Source: Candidatus Buchananbacteria bacterium (lineage in GTDB: Bacteria > Patescibacteriota > Patescibacteriia > 2-01-FULL-39-33). Taken from it: a DNA stretch of 63,038 bases. Position numbers and translations under genes: made by a program. The notes beneath the pieces are model-generated. The model was not told the origin of the DNA, made no database searches, and saw only the letters and a program-made list of their open reading frames with translations. The stretch is from positions 1 to 63,038 of the forward strand of contig JBAYFY010000005.1 of assembly GCA_041666945.1 (NCBI GenBank). The letters run 5' to 3'. This document shows positions 1-9,526 of this stretch, one piece after another (positions within the stretch are counted from its first letter, which is position 1; every line of letters begins with the position of its first letter).

Positions 1-368
<368 letters not shown>

Positions 369-655
369 ATGAATGGAAGGGTTCCTTATCAACACCGAAG
401 TGAGATAAAGAAATTTCATTCAACTGGCTTTGCAACTAGATTACGATCAGTTGCCAACCGTTTTTTTCTCCATGACCCGCGCTAAGGGCGCGACGGCGAA
501 CCGTTGTCATGAAGTTGGATTGAAAGTATTGAATTCGCTTTACTCCGCGGGGGCGGAAACGAATTCATAATAAACTCAAAAAGTTTAATTTTTTGGTTTG
601 GTGCTTTTTACCACTATTCAGTTGTCAAAATACTTTTCTCTTAACCGCCATCCGC

Positions 656-755
656 CTTGTCATTCCCGCGCAGGCGGGAATCCAGGTTTTATGGATTCCT
701 GATATTTTTGTTTCGGCCGTTAGGCCTTAACACAAAAATTCAGGAATGACAGGGT
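656..755. repeat. nested GC-rich palindromic element in the 16S leader (contains ATTCCCGCGCAGGCGGGAAT)
   Basis: cttgtcattcc (656-666) pairs with ggaatgacaggg (744-755). Inner inverted repeats are attcccgcg/cgcgggaat-like at 662-681 and ggaatcc/ggattcc at 677-699. Confidence 0.6.
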
Positions 756-998
756 GAGGAAACGGCTGATTTTTGAGTTAAGAAAAAACAGAGGGATCCG
801 ATTTGACGAACTCCGCCTCTGCCGATTGGCAGACCGGGGAATTCACTTCAGATACCACTGTTTTCCCTTAAAACTATGATTTAGATTATTTTCCTTTTGG
901 CCGCTCCCGACTCCAGATTAGGAGTAACAGGAACAAAAAAAGGATCTAGTTTTATTGATGGTTTGGGAAAGAGTTTGGTGTTTAGTTTTTACCTTCTA

Positions 999-1027
999 AT
1001 TTTATCTTAATTTTTAAAGAATGTCAA
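999..1027 (-). promoter_or_regulatory. candidate sigma70-type promoter facing the 16S gene
   Basis: On the minus strand: TTGACA (1027-1022), 17 nt spacer, TAAAAT (1004-999). This would give a ~620-nt rRNA leader. Confidence 0.35.
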
Positions 1028-1102
1028 GGATAATAAAGGGCTAACAGTTAAAAGCTTACAATTAAATAATAATTGGCTAAATTTAGATAAAATTAGTAAA
1101 AT

Positions 1103-1133
1103 AAAAAACCGCCGGCAAAACCGGCGATTTTTA
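1103..1133. terminator. bidirectional intrinsic terminator
   Basis: Stem ccgccgg/ccggcg with an A-run before and a T-run after. It lies downstream of the minus-strand trmD unit. Confidence 0.6.
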
Positions 1134-1185
1134 AACAGTTTCATTTATACACAGTATTTGCACAAAGCTGATGTTATCCAACTGC

Positions 1186-1347
1186 TTATTCGGCGGATTC
1201 TTCAGCCGGGGCTTCTTCAACAGCTTCCGGAGCGGCTTCTTCAACTGCGGCTTCAGCAGCCGGTTCAGTTGTTTCTTCAGTAGCGGCGACCTCTTCGGTC
1301 GGGGCAACAACAACGTTATCGTCGTCGCCAAAAAATTGAAATGACAT
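1186..1347 (-). CDS. small acidic low-complexity protein (53 aa, MSFQFFGDDDNVVVAPTEE...), hypothetical
   Basis: Hand translation gives an ATG-to-TAA ORF below the track size cut-off. Its composition resembles the acidic tail of RpsP in this window. It competes with the track ORF 1131..1331 in another frame. Confidence 0.25.
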   Translation of the reverse strand: MSFQFFGDDDNVVVAPTEEVAATEETTEPAAEAAVEEAAPEAVEEAPAEESAE

Positions 1348-1402
1348 GTGTTTGTTTTATTAGTTAGTTATTCGTTAATCATACGTTACAAAAATCATTC
1401 TG

Positions 1403-2086
1403 TCAATCGCGGCCGGCGGTCTGTTGTTTTTTGCTTTTTTTCCGACGCCATTTTTCCACCTCGCCATGATGGCCGGACAGGAGTATTTTGGGCACCCTTA
1501 GTTTTTTGCCGCCAGCCATAAAAACTTCCGGCCGGGTATAATGCGGGTGCTCCAAATAGCCGGTGGTCGCGTGCGATTCTTTTTCCACTGATTCCCGTTT
1601 GCCGACAAATCCCGGCAGGTGACGGCAAACGGCCTCAATAATTACAGCCGCGGGCAATTCACCGCCCGCTAAGACATAATCGCCGATGGAAATTTTTTCA
1701 TCAACTAATTTCTCCACGCGGGCGTCCGCGCCTTCGTATCTGGGACAGATAAAAATCAACTGATCATATTTAGCCAGACGCACGGCATCCTTTTGCGTAA
1801 ACCTCTTACCGTTAGCCGCCGTTAGGATTATTCTGACTTTTTTCGTTTTGGCCTTTTGTTTTATGGCTTTGAGCGCTTTGTATATCGGTTCAATCTTAAA
1901 CAACAAGCCGACTCCGCCGCCATAGGGCTTATCATCAACTGTTTGATGGCGATCGGCCGTCCACTGCCGCAGATTATGCGTCTTAACGACAAACAACTTA
2001 TTTTTTTGCGCGCGTTTAAACAGGGACTCATTAAAATACGATTCCAAAATTTCGGGAAAAATTGTAATAATGTCAAATCGCTTCAT
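1403..2086 (-). CDS. trmD: tRNA (guanine37-N1)-methyltransferase TrmD
   Basis: 227 aa with MKRFDIITIFPE.., ..DDKPYGGGVGLL.., ..YTRPEVF..VPKILLSGHH, typical of TrmD. Confidence 0.95.
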   Translation of the reverse strand: MKRFDIITIFPEILESYFNESLFKRAQKNKLFVVKTHNLRQWTADRHQTVDDKPYGGGVGLLFKIEPIYKALKAIKQKAKTKKVRIILTAANGKRFTQKDAVRLAKYDQLIFICPRYEGADARVEKLVDEKISIGDYVLAGGELPAAVIIEAVCRHLPGFVGKRESVEKESHATTGYLEHPHYTRPEVFMAGGKKLRVPKILLSGHHGEVEKWRRKKSKKQQTAGRD

Positions 2087-2168
2087 ATAATTGTCTCAAA
2101 CAGTTTAATTATAACAGATAATTTAAAAACCGGCCAAAAGACCGGCAAAAGAACTGTTAATGATTACC

Positions 2169-2693
2169 TTAATTTATTGTTGCCGGCTGATCCAGAGTTT
2201 CTCGCAGTTTGTCAAGTTCATTAAAAAGATGGGTAACAAGCACGATTTCCGGATAACCGTCAACAGTATGAAAACCTTTTATTTCAAAACTTGTTTCACT
2301 TAGAGGGAGCAAATCAGTATGGCCCTCCCGATTAACTTTTTGAAATTCAAAGTTGACAAAAAATTCTTGATTGGGCTTTACCCCGCCGTAAAGAAGCCAG
2401 ATGCTTAAAGCGAGATGCCTGACACCGAGGAATTTTTTTGACGTATTTAATCTGATCCTGTACCCGCCATCATAGAATCCTGAACTGTTGTCGTCGTTTG
2501 GTTTCATTTTTCGGGGTTCATTACTTAAAAACCGTTCTATTTCCTCTTCTGTTTTATTATCCAATGATTCCAGCCATACTTCAATTGCGGGATCTTCAAG
2601 CAACTCCCGCAAATCAGGAATAGAGTTAAAGTATCGCAAGCTAAGCAGGCACTCTTTAATGTCGATAGCAACTGTTTTAAAATCAACTTTCAT
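2169..2693 (-). CDS. hypothetical protein
   Basis: 174-aa ORF with its own minus-strand TTGACA-N17-TAAGAT promoter at 2786-2758. No recognisable motif. Confidence 0.55.
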   Translation of the reverse strand: MKVDFKTVAIDIKECLLSLRYFNSIPDLRELLEDPAIEVWLESLDNKTEEEIERFLSNEPRKMKPNDDNSSGFYDGGYRIRLNTSKKFLGVRHLALSIWLLYGGVKPNQEFFVNFEFQKVNREGHTDLLPLSETSFEIKGFHTVDGYPEIVLVTHLFNELDKLRETLDQPATIN

Positions 2694-2793
2694 GGCCGGA
2701 TCCTCCTTTGTTGGTTTTTATTGTTTAAAGCTCCTCTATTGTTAAAGAACCAAGTAAATCTTAAGCCAAAAACTATAAACTGTCAAATATAAA

Positions 2794-2813
2794 AACCGGC
2801 CAAAAGACCGGTT
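2794..2813 (-). terminator. intrinsic terminator after 2829..3443
   Basis: aaccgg/ccggtt stem followed by a T-run on the minus strand. Confidence 0.55.
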
Positions 2814-2828
2814 AAATGTGCTTGACAA

Positions 2829-3443
2829 TTATTCTGCCGGCTTCTCCGCTTCCGCCGGAGTTTCGGTTTGAGAAGCTTTTTCCTTCGCCAACAACAATGC
2901 CTGCATGGCTTGGAAAATTTCTTGCGCCGATTGCTTTTTTGCTTCGTCGGTAAAAGTAAAAAGAGCTTCTTCGGAAAAAGTCGCTTTAGTCAATGACTCA
3001 TTGATAAACTCAGGCAAACGCGAGCCCGAGCAAATACTCAAGTAAAGATCAAAAATAGACCAATCCTTTTCAACCAACTGAAAAACACCAATTTCCACCT
3101 GGCCGGTTTTTTCCATGCTTTCCATGTCCGATAGAATGGCAACCATGGCGCCGTAATTTTTGCCTTGATATTTGAATCGAGCTCCGACAGCCACGCCGTC
3201 CGGTCGCACTAAACCCAATAAATCTTTTTCTTCCAACGCAAATTCGTCCGACATACTAAAAATCAGGGAAAACATTTTACGCGCCAAGTCCTTGGTAACC
3301 GGAACCGCTTTAAGCCCGGAAGCGCTCAATGATTTTTCAAATTCTTCGTTCTCCGCCTCAGTCACCGCTTCAAGGGAAACTTCGGCCGGGATTTCTATTT
3401 CCGCCGCTTTAGTTCCACTGGTGCCATCCGTTTGACCATCCAT
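2829..3443 (-). CDS. hypothetical protein with acidic termini
   Basis: 204-aa ORF with no motif recognised. Confidence 0.55.
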   Translation of the reverse strand: MDGQTDGTSGTKAAEIEIPAEVSLEAVTEAENEEFEKSLSASGLKAVPVTKDLARKMFSLIFSMSDEFALEEKDLLGLVRPDGVAVGARFKYQGKNYGAMVAILSDMESMEKTGQVEIGVFQLVEKDWSIFDLYLSICSGSRLPEFINESLTKATFSEEALFTFTDEAKKQSAQEIFQAMQALLLAKEKASQTETPAEAEKPAE

Positions 3444-3550
3444 AATCTATTCCTCCTTTTTGGTTGAAACCGTAACAATTGATACCGATTAAACATTTAA
3501 AGAACTTTTTCTTTCCCGAGTATACCGTAAAAATCAAAATTTGTCAAATA

Positions 3551-3583
3551 CAAAACACCGCCCCGAGTGAGGCGGTGTTTTTA
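3551..3583. terminator. bidirectional intrinsic terminator
   Basis: acaccgcc/ggcggtgt stem with an A-run before and a T-run after, just downstream of the KH gene stop. Confidence 0.6.
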
Positions 3584-3599
3584 TGTTGTGATGGCTTTA

Positions 3600-3911
3600 T
3601 TAGATGCTCAAGTCATCAACTACATCGGTGTCAACCGGGCGGGAAGCGCGAGGACCTCTGGAACCTTCCGGTTCGTCGATCTTTAAGTTGACTCTGGCGT
3701 TGTTTTTAGCGCCGATGATTTTAGCCAAAGTTCTAATCGCTTTGGCGGTCTGTCCCTGGCGGCCGATAACGTAACCGATATCGGTGGGGGCAACGTGGAG
3801 GGTCAAAAGGACGCCTCTTTCGTCGACTGTTCTGTCGACTTTGACATCATCGGGGTTGGCAACAATCGCCTTGACGATGGTTTCTACAAACATTTGGTCT
3901 TTTTCAGCCAT
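3600..3911 (-). CDS. KH-domain RNA-binding protein (YlqC/KhpA-like)
   Basis: 103 aa with the KH GxxG loop VIGRQGQTAKAIRTL. This family normally sits between rpsP and trmD. Confidence 0.85.
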   Translation of the reverse strand: MAEKDQMFVETIVKAIVANPDDVKVDRTVDERGVLLTLHVAPTDIGYVIGRQGQTAKAIRTLAKIIGAKNNARVNLKIDEPEGSRGPRASRPVDTDVVDDLSI

Positions 3912-4026
3912 ATTCTTTGCTTAATAATAAACCGATAACCCTTTCACAAATTCCGATAAATTAAGGAATAACTGCGAAAATAAGTTATCAAGGTTCTTGG
4001 GTTTTTCCACCCTTCACCTGTGTATA

Positions 4027-4055
4027 ATTATAGCAAATCAAAACCAACTTGTCAA
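4027..4055 (-). promoter_or_regulatory. promoter for the KH gene
   Basis: Minus strand: TTGACA (4055-4050), N17, TATAAT (4032-4027). Confidence 0.55.
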
Positions 4056-4078
4056 GAGGATAAAAAATCAAGTATAAT
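4049..4078 (+). promoter_or_regulatory. promoter for the PilB-like gene
   Basis: TTGTCA (4049-4054), N18, TATAAT (4073-4078). It overlaps the divergent KH promoter. Confidence 0.45.
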
Positions 4079-4136
4079 AACATAAGGAAAGCAAAAAATA
4101 CGCTTTAAATTCTAATTACTACGGTAACAAAAATAT

Positions 4137-7100
4137 ATGACTGACAATCTGGGTCCATCGTTGGAGGATTTGATGGCGGGAGAGGCGGTTGAGGAGGAAT
4201 CGGCGGGCGGCAAGCTGCAACAGAAATTAGCGCAAATAAAAATTAAAGAAAAAGAGGATGAGGTGGCCAAAAACGCCGACGCTTTAGGTTTGCCTTACAT
4301 AAACTTAGTCGGCTTTCCTATTTCGCCCGATGCTTTAAGTTCCATTGACGAGGCCGCGGCCAAAGCCGCCCAAGCCGTCTGTTTTTTTAACAACGGTTCA
4401 GAACTGCGCGTGGGCTGCGTCAATTACAATGACGAAATTAAAAAATTAATCGCTGATTTGCAAGAAAAATTCCATGCCCATGTCCTGCCTTATCTTATTT
4501 CCCGGCACAGTTTTGATCGTTCGGTGAAATTATACGATTCCCTGCCTAAAATCACCCGACTAATCGGCGGAGTAGAAATAAAAAAAGAGGATATTGAACG
4601 TTTTGAAAAGGAGATAACTACTTTTAAAGACCTGAATGAAAAAATCAATAAAGTCAGTATTACGGATGTAGTGGCGATTATTCTGGCTACCGGCCTTAAA
4701 GCCGAGGCCTCGGACGTCCATATTGAGGCCGAAGAAAAAGGCATCATGGTGCGCCTGCGCGTGGATGGCGTCTTGCATGATTCGGCCACGATTAACAAAG
4801 ACAAGTGGAAAAAAATCATTGCCCGCCTCAAGGTTTTGGCGCGGGTCAAAATCAATATTGACGATAAGCCGCAAGACGGCCGTTTCACTATTTTTTTAGA
4901 CAATGACGCCGTGGATGTCAGAACGTCTTTCTTGCCCACCAACTTTGGCGAAAGCGTGGTCATGCGCCTGTTGCATTCCCAGTCGGTTGCCCTGTCTTTT
5001 GAACAATTAGGTCTTTTACCGCCGGCATTCAAGGTTTTGCAAGCGGAAATAAAAAAGCCCAACGGCTTGATTCTGACTGCCGGCCCGACCGGCTCCGGCA
5101 AAACCACCACGCTTTACGCCGTCTTGAACAAGCTCAATCAATCGGACGTAAAAATCATCACTTTGGAAGATCCGATTGAATACCGTCTTAAAGGCATCAA
5201 CCAATCGCAAGTGGATCCGAAGAAAGATTACACTTTTGCCAAAGGCCTGCGTTCCATTCTGCGCCAGGATCCCGATGTGGTAATGGTGGGTGAAATCCGC
5301 GACAATGAAACGGCCGACATTGCCACTCAAGCGGCTCTGACAGGCCACTTGGTGCTTTCTACCGTCCACACCAACGATGCGGCCGGAGTTATTCCCCGCC
5401 TGATGGATATGGGCATCAAACCGTTCTTCATCGTACCGTCCATCAACGCGGTAATCGGCCAGCGTTTGGTGCGCAAACTCTGCGAAAAATGCAAACAACC
5501 GCATCAACTAACGGAAGAGGAAAAAATCACGGTGGAAAAAATCTTAGCGACTATTTCGCCCAAATCAGGCATTAACGTGCCGGCCAACTTGCCGCCAATG
5601 TATGAACCGGGTCCGGGCTGTGAGGCCTGCGGCGGCATCGGCTACAAGGGACGCATCGGCATTTATGAAATCTTCACCATGACCGACAATATTAAGGAAC
5701 TGACCATGGCTGGCGCGGCGGCTTTTGAAATTCTCAAGCAAGCGATTGAAAACGGCATGATTACCATGCTTCAGGACGGCATTATCAAATCCTTAAACGG
5801 CATTACCGACGTGCAAGAAGTTTTCCGGGTTATCGGCAAATTGGATTATGTGGAAGAATTATATGATATTGTTATTTCTCAAACCATCGGCCGCGGCATT
5901 AACTTGACCGCCAAAGAATTAACCAGGGGCGAGGAATTATCCAAAAATTTAAAACAAATCCAAGGTGAATTGGAAGATTTGCCGGCCAAAGAATTAACGG
6001 CTTTGCTGATGGCCACGGCGCTTAAGGCGGATGCCGGCGATGTGCATATTGAACCGACCGATGCCGGCGTCAAGGTGCGTTTCAGAGTTGACGGCATCCT
6101 GTATGACATGGCTACTTTAGACAAAGGACAATATCTGCCGGTTTTATCCAATTTAAAAATATTGGCCGGCATGCCGACCAATATCAAAAAAGCGGCTTGG
6201 GACGGACGCTTCGGCATTTTCACGCCGCAAGCCAAATTGGACTGCCGCATTTCCATTATTTCCGGCGGTTATGGCGAGACCATCGTCATCCGCATCCTGT
6301 CGGCGCAAGCGGCCAGTTTGAAGGTTGAAGATTTGGGCATGCGCGAATACGCCTTGAAGCCGTTGCGCGAATCTATGGAAAAAACCAAGGGTATTATTGT
6401 CACCACCGGCCCGACCGGCTCCGGCAAAACTACCACGCTTTATGCTTTGCTTAATCAGCTCAATAAGCCGGACATTAAAATCATTACCGTGGAGGATCCG
6501 ATTGAATACCACTTGGAGGGCGTGATGCAAACGCAGATTGACGAAGCCCAGGGCTACACTTTTGCCGCGGCTATGCGATCCTTGTTGCGCCAAAACCCCA
6601 ATATTATGATGATCGGGGAAATCCGCGATATTGAGACCGCTAAAACGGCGATTGAAGCGGCTTTGACCGGCCATCTGGTTTTATCCACAATCCATACCAA
6701 TTCCGCAGCCGGCGCCTTTCCCCGTTTTTTGGGCTTAGGCATTGAACCGCACATCTTGGCTAACTCATTGGAATGCACAATCGGCCAACGTTTGGTCAGA
6801 AAAATCTGCCCGTATTGCCGCAAGCCGGCCGAACTTGACGCCGAAACAGCCCGGGAAGTGGCGGGAATAATCAAAGATATTAATCCTGAATCAGGAGCCA
6901 AAATACCTAAGAAACCGACTTATTTTAAAGCGGTCGGCTGTGAAAAATGCGGCGGTTTGGGTTATAAGGGGCGATTGGGAATTTATGAAGTCATACCCAA
7001 TACCCCGGAAATGCAAAAAATCGTGCAGGGACCAGCAGTGACTAACCTGGAAATTGAAGAACTGGCCGTCAAAGAAGGCGCCGTTTTAATGATCCAAGAC

Positions 7101-7163
7101 GGCATCCTTAAAGCCATGGCCGGCGAAACCACCGTGGAAGAAGTATTCCGAGTAGCTAAGTAA
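4137..7163 (+). CDS. tandem-duplicated GspE/PilB-family secretion/pilus ATPase (two complete ATPase modules in one 1008-aa chain)
   Basis: Each signature occurs twice. Walker A GPTGSGKTTTLYA; Walker B DPDVVMVGEIRD and NPNIMMIGEIRD; His box TGHLVLST(V/I)HTN. The tetra-Cys motifs are CEKC..CEACGG and CPYC..CEKCGG. A T2SSE_N-like N-terminus is present only in module 1. Confidence 0.9.
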   Translation: MTDNLGPSLEDLMAGEAVEEESAGGKLQQKLAQIKIKEKEDEVAKNADALGLPYINLVGFPISPDALSSIDEAAAKAAQAVCFFNNGSELRVGCVNYNDEIKKLIADLQEKFHAHVLPYLISRHSFDRSVKLYDSLPKITRLIGGVEIKKEDIERFEKEITTFKDLNEKINKVSITDVVAIILATGLKAEASDVHIEAEEKGIMVRLRVDGVLHDSATINKDKWKKIIARLKVLARVKINIDDKPQDGRFTIFLDNDAVDVRTSFLPTNFGESVVMRLLHSQSVALSFEQLGLLPPAFKVLQAEIKKPNGLILTAGPTGSGKTTTLYAVLNKLNQSDVKIITLEDPIEYRLKGINQSQVDPKKDYTFAKGLRSILRQDPDVVMVGEIRDNETADIATQAALTGHLVLSTVHTNDAAGVIPRLMDMGIKPFFIVPSINAVIGQRLVRKLCEKCKQPHQLTEEEKITVEKILATISPKSGINVPANLPPMYEPGPGCEACGGIGYKGRIGIYEIFTMTDNIKELTMAGAAAFEILKQAIENGMITMLQDGIIKSLNGITDVQEVFRVIGKLDYVEELYDIVISQTIGRGINLTAKELTRGEELSKNLKQIQGELEDLPAKELTALLMATALKADAGDVHIEPTDAGVKVRFRVDGILYDMATLDKGQYLPVLSNLKILAGMPTNIKKAAWDGRFGIFTPQAKLDCRISIISGGYGETIVIRILSAQAASLKVEDLGMREYALKPLRESMEKTKGIIVTTGPTGSGKTTTLYALLNQLNKPDIKIITVEDPIEYHLEGVMQTQIDEAQGYTFAAAMRSLLRQNPNIMMIGEIRDIETAKTAIEAALTGHLVLSTIHTNSAAGAFPRFLGLGIEPHILANSLECTIGQRLVRKICPYCRKPAELDAETAREVAGIIKDINPESGAKIPKKPTYFKAVGCEKCGGLGYKGRLGIYEVIPNTPEMQKIVQGPAVTNLEIEELAVKEGAVLMIQDGILKAMAGETTVEEVFRVAK

Positions 7164-7180
7164 ACCAATAAACTATATCA

Positions 7181-7210
7181 AAAAACTCCGAATTGCTTCG
7201 GAGTTTTTAT
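7181..7210 (+). terminator. intrinsic terminator after the PilB-like gene
   Basis: actccgaa/ttcggagt stem followed by TTTTT. Confidence 0.7.
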
Positions 7211-7256
7211 ATTTTGTCCTATTTTAGATATTTTTTAATAATTGTGAATAAACCAC

Positions 7257-7285
7257 TTGACAAATTTATTGATGTATACTAAAAT
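7257..7285 (+). promoter_or_regulatory. promoter for 7472..8077
   Basis: TTGACA (7257-7262), N17, TAAAAT (7280-7285). Confidence 0.5.
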
Positions 7286-7324
7286 AATAAATCAAATCAG
7301 TTCATTAAAATATAATAAAGCTAT

Positions 7325-7379
7325 TTGAGACGAGTACCTTAAATATCAGAATTACTGATTTTTAAAACGCTCGTCTCAA
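7325..7379 (+). promoter_or_regulatory. long nested hairpin in the 5' leader of 7472..8077
   Basis: ttgagacgag (7325-7334) pairs perfectly with ctcgtctcaa (7370-7379). An inner hairpin atcag/ctgat sits inside. Confidence 0.4.
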
Positions 7380-7471
7380 TTTCGAGGCAAAGTATAAACT
7401 GAGAGTGTGTTCCCACTTTTTTCTAATTGCCTTAATAAATCCTAACTAACAAAGAAGGGGATAAAATCATA

Positions 7472-8077
7472 ATGGATACAATCCTATTTAAAGAAACTCG
7501 CGCTCAAAAAGATTCCCGTAAAATTATGGGCAAAAACTTCTTTGGTATCAAGGAAGCAGTAAGGTGCTTGGGTGTCCATCCCACCAGAGAAGATCTCGCC
7601 AACCTATCTAAGATTTATTACCCTCGAGATTTGTTGGAAAAATGTAAAGATACCCATATTTTGGTTGCTACCTTTCCATTATGTATCGCTGATATCCGTG
7701 AAGCAACTAAAGGTAAGCCAGTATTCCACTATAATGCATACTTTCAAAGTGGTTATTCCGAGGGCGCGGGAAGGGTTCGTTGGATTCTTGTGCGGAAAAC
7801 ATCTGTTGTCGATTCAAGAAATAAAAAATTTAAAGAGCAGGAAACATTGCTTGGCCACAGAGAATACATACCGACATTACAAGTGATGGTTTACACAATT
7901 ATCGGGCATTTCCTATCGACTAATGAAAGATTATTTAGTAATGAACTCGTCCGTGTATCAACAACAGATGCATACTACCGAATGCACGTAGGTTACTTTC
8001 GCTCGGAGGGTCTCATGATAAATGATGATGATGAAGAAAAACCCTATTATAATATAGGTTTGTCATCTGCAATATAA
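7472..8077 (+). CDS. hypothetical protein
   Basis: 201-aa ORF with SD-like aagaagggg upstream. No motif recognised. Confidence 0.5.
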   Translation: MDTILFKETRAQKDSRKIMGKNFFGIKEAVRCLGVHPTREDLANLSKIYYPRDLLEKCKDTHILVATFPLCIADIREATKGKPVFHYNAYFQSGYSEGAGRVRWILVRKTSVVDSRNKKFKEQETLLGHREYIPTLQVMVYTIIGHFLSTNERLFSNELVRVSTTDAYYRMHVGYFRSEGLMINDDDEEKPYYNIGLSSAI

Positions 8078-8174
8078 AGCAAGTAGATTAGCATATCGTC
8101 CCGTACGATTCTTTGGGAAGTCCCAAACGACATTGTGCGGGGCTTTTCTTTTTCAAAATTTTAGTTACTAAAAC

Positions 8175-8699
8175 CTAATCCATGTGGATTATTCTTTTCG
8201 GATTATAACTCGGCTTTTTGCCGTAAACCGCTATGCCGTGATTGATTATCTTCTTGCCTTTCTCTTGGGCATGCCATCTATCTTTAAGCTCTTTATATGA
8301 CAAATACACATAGGAGAAAGAATAAGGATCTTCAAAAAATATTTTGTCCTTGTTATGCCCGATAGCAACTGCCCAATGGCCGTCTTGATAATTATCAGTA
8401 TAATCAGTTTTTTGATAACCCCAGGCTTGCAGCAATAACATAACGGGGATTTTCCTGTCAATATACCTTTTCAATTCTTTAATGGTTATATTTCGCGAAT
8501 CGGTTTTCAGTCCGTATTTTTTAAAAACTGACAAAAGATTATTTATTAGTGTTCCTTCTTTTTCATTGGTTTTGGCGTATTTAATAAGCGCCTCTTCACG
8601 CACTTCTATGCCATAATAAAGCAAAATCGCCTGTAACGCTTTAGCGCCGCAATCATATTCATAGGTCTGCATAACCCTGGGAAAATTTAATTGCTTCAT
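8175..8699 (-). CDS. C39-like papain-fold cysteine peptidase domain protein
   Basis: QTYEYDCGAKALQ provides the catalytic Cys context and DGHWAVAIGH the His. The start was moved to MKQLNF (8699) to avoid overlapping panD. Confidence 0.6.
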   Translation of the reverse strand: MKQLNFPRVMQTYEYDCGAKALQAILLYYGIEVREEALIKYAKTNEKEGTLINNLLSVFKKYGLKTDSRNITIKELKRYIDRKIPVMLLLQAWGYQKTDYTDNYQDGHWAVAIGHNKDKIFFEDPYSFSYVYLSYKELKDRWHAQEKGKKIINHGIAVYGKKPSYNPKRIIHMD

Positions 8700-8706
8700 A
8701 AAAAAA

Positions 8707-9042
8707 TTAAAGATTTTTAATAAATTTATTATTTTTATCAACTAAAATAATTTTTGATTTGATTATTTTTTTCGACCACTCAAAAGCCATAATAATAACT
8801 TCTTCTCCCGCCTTAATCAAATGAGCTGCCGCTCCATTCATACAGATTTCTCCCGCCCCACCTTTAATCACATAAGTTTCTAAACGGGCTCCGGTAGTAT
8901 TGCTAGTCACTAATACTTTTTCGCCCGGCATAATGCCGGCTCTTTTTAATAATCCTTCATCAATAGTAATACTGCCCATATAAGAAACATCGGCTTTTGT
9001 AACAATTGCTTTATGAATTTTAGCATGTAAAAAGCATTTCAT
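8707..9042 (-). CDS. panD: aspartate 1-decarboxylase
   Basis: 111 aa with LHAKIHKAIVTKADVSYMGSITIDE, including the pyruvoyl-forming G-S site. Confidence 0.9.
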   Translation of the reverse strand: MKCFLHAKIHKAIVTKADVSYMGSITIDEGLLKRAGIMPGEKVLVTSNTTGARLETYVIKGGAGEICMNGAAAHLIKAGEEVIIMAFEWSKKIIKSKIILVDKNNKFIKNL

Positions 9043-9051
9043 GTCTTTGGA

Positions 9052-9489
9052 TTAACTAACCTTAATTTCTCTTTTATCGTCTTTTAATATTTTAAATTCT
9101 ATTTTGATCATTTTCTTCGGCCAAATATCGCGAACCCGATCAGCCCATTCAATTACCGTTACGCCGTCTAGATCGGACAAATAATCAAGCGCGCCGATAG
9201 CCGCGAGTTGTTCGCCGCCGGTTAAGCGATAAGCGTCAATATGCGCCAAATATTTGATTTTGGATTTTAAGGATTTTTTATTTTCAATCGGATAATTTTT
9301 CATCAGGACGAAAGTCGGACTGGTAATGATGCTTTTAATTCCCAATCCCGCCGCCAAGCCCTTGGTAAAAGCGGTTTTGCCGGCGCCCAAATCGCCGATC
9401 AAACACAAAACTTCTCCTCCCCGCAATTGTTTGGCGAATTTCTTGGCAAAACCATAGGTCTTTTTTTCTGATTCAGAAATAAATTTCAT
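9052..9489 (-). CDS. tsaE: tRNA t6A biosynthesis ATPase TsaE
   Basis: 145 aa with the GDLGAGKT P-loop and SPTF motif, adjacent to tsaD. Confidence 0.9.
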   Translation of the reverse strand: MKFISESEKKTYGFAKKFAKQLRGGEVLCLIGDLGAGKTAFTKGLAAGLGIKSIITSPTFVLMKNYPIENKKSLKSKIKYLAHIDAYRLTGGEQLAAIGALDYLSDLDGVTVIEWADRVRDIWPKKMIKIEFKILKDDKREIKVS

Positions 9490-9526
9490 AAAAACTTTGG
9501 TTGGGGTGGTCTTCTGACTTTACCGA

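Noticed and set aside
1131-1331. Track ORF of 66 aa, Lys/Leu/Pro-rich, with a TTG start
   Set aside because: It is an alternative frame of a low-complexity GC-rich stretch and runs into the terminator hairpin. The ATG-initiated acidic frame 1186..1347 is at least as plausible. Neither is well supported.
4490-7168. Many long antisense or off-frame ORFs inside the PilB-like gene (similarly inside gyrA 26.6-28.8 kb, guaB 34.3-35.7 kb and the CCA enzyme)
   Set aside because: These are typical shadow ORFs of GC-richer coding regions. The sense frames carry unambiguous family motifs.
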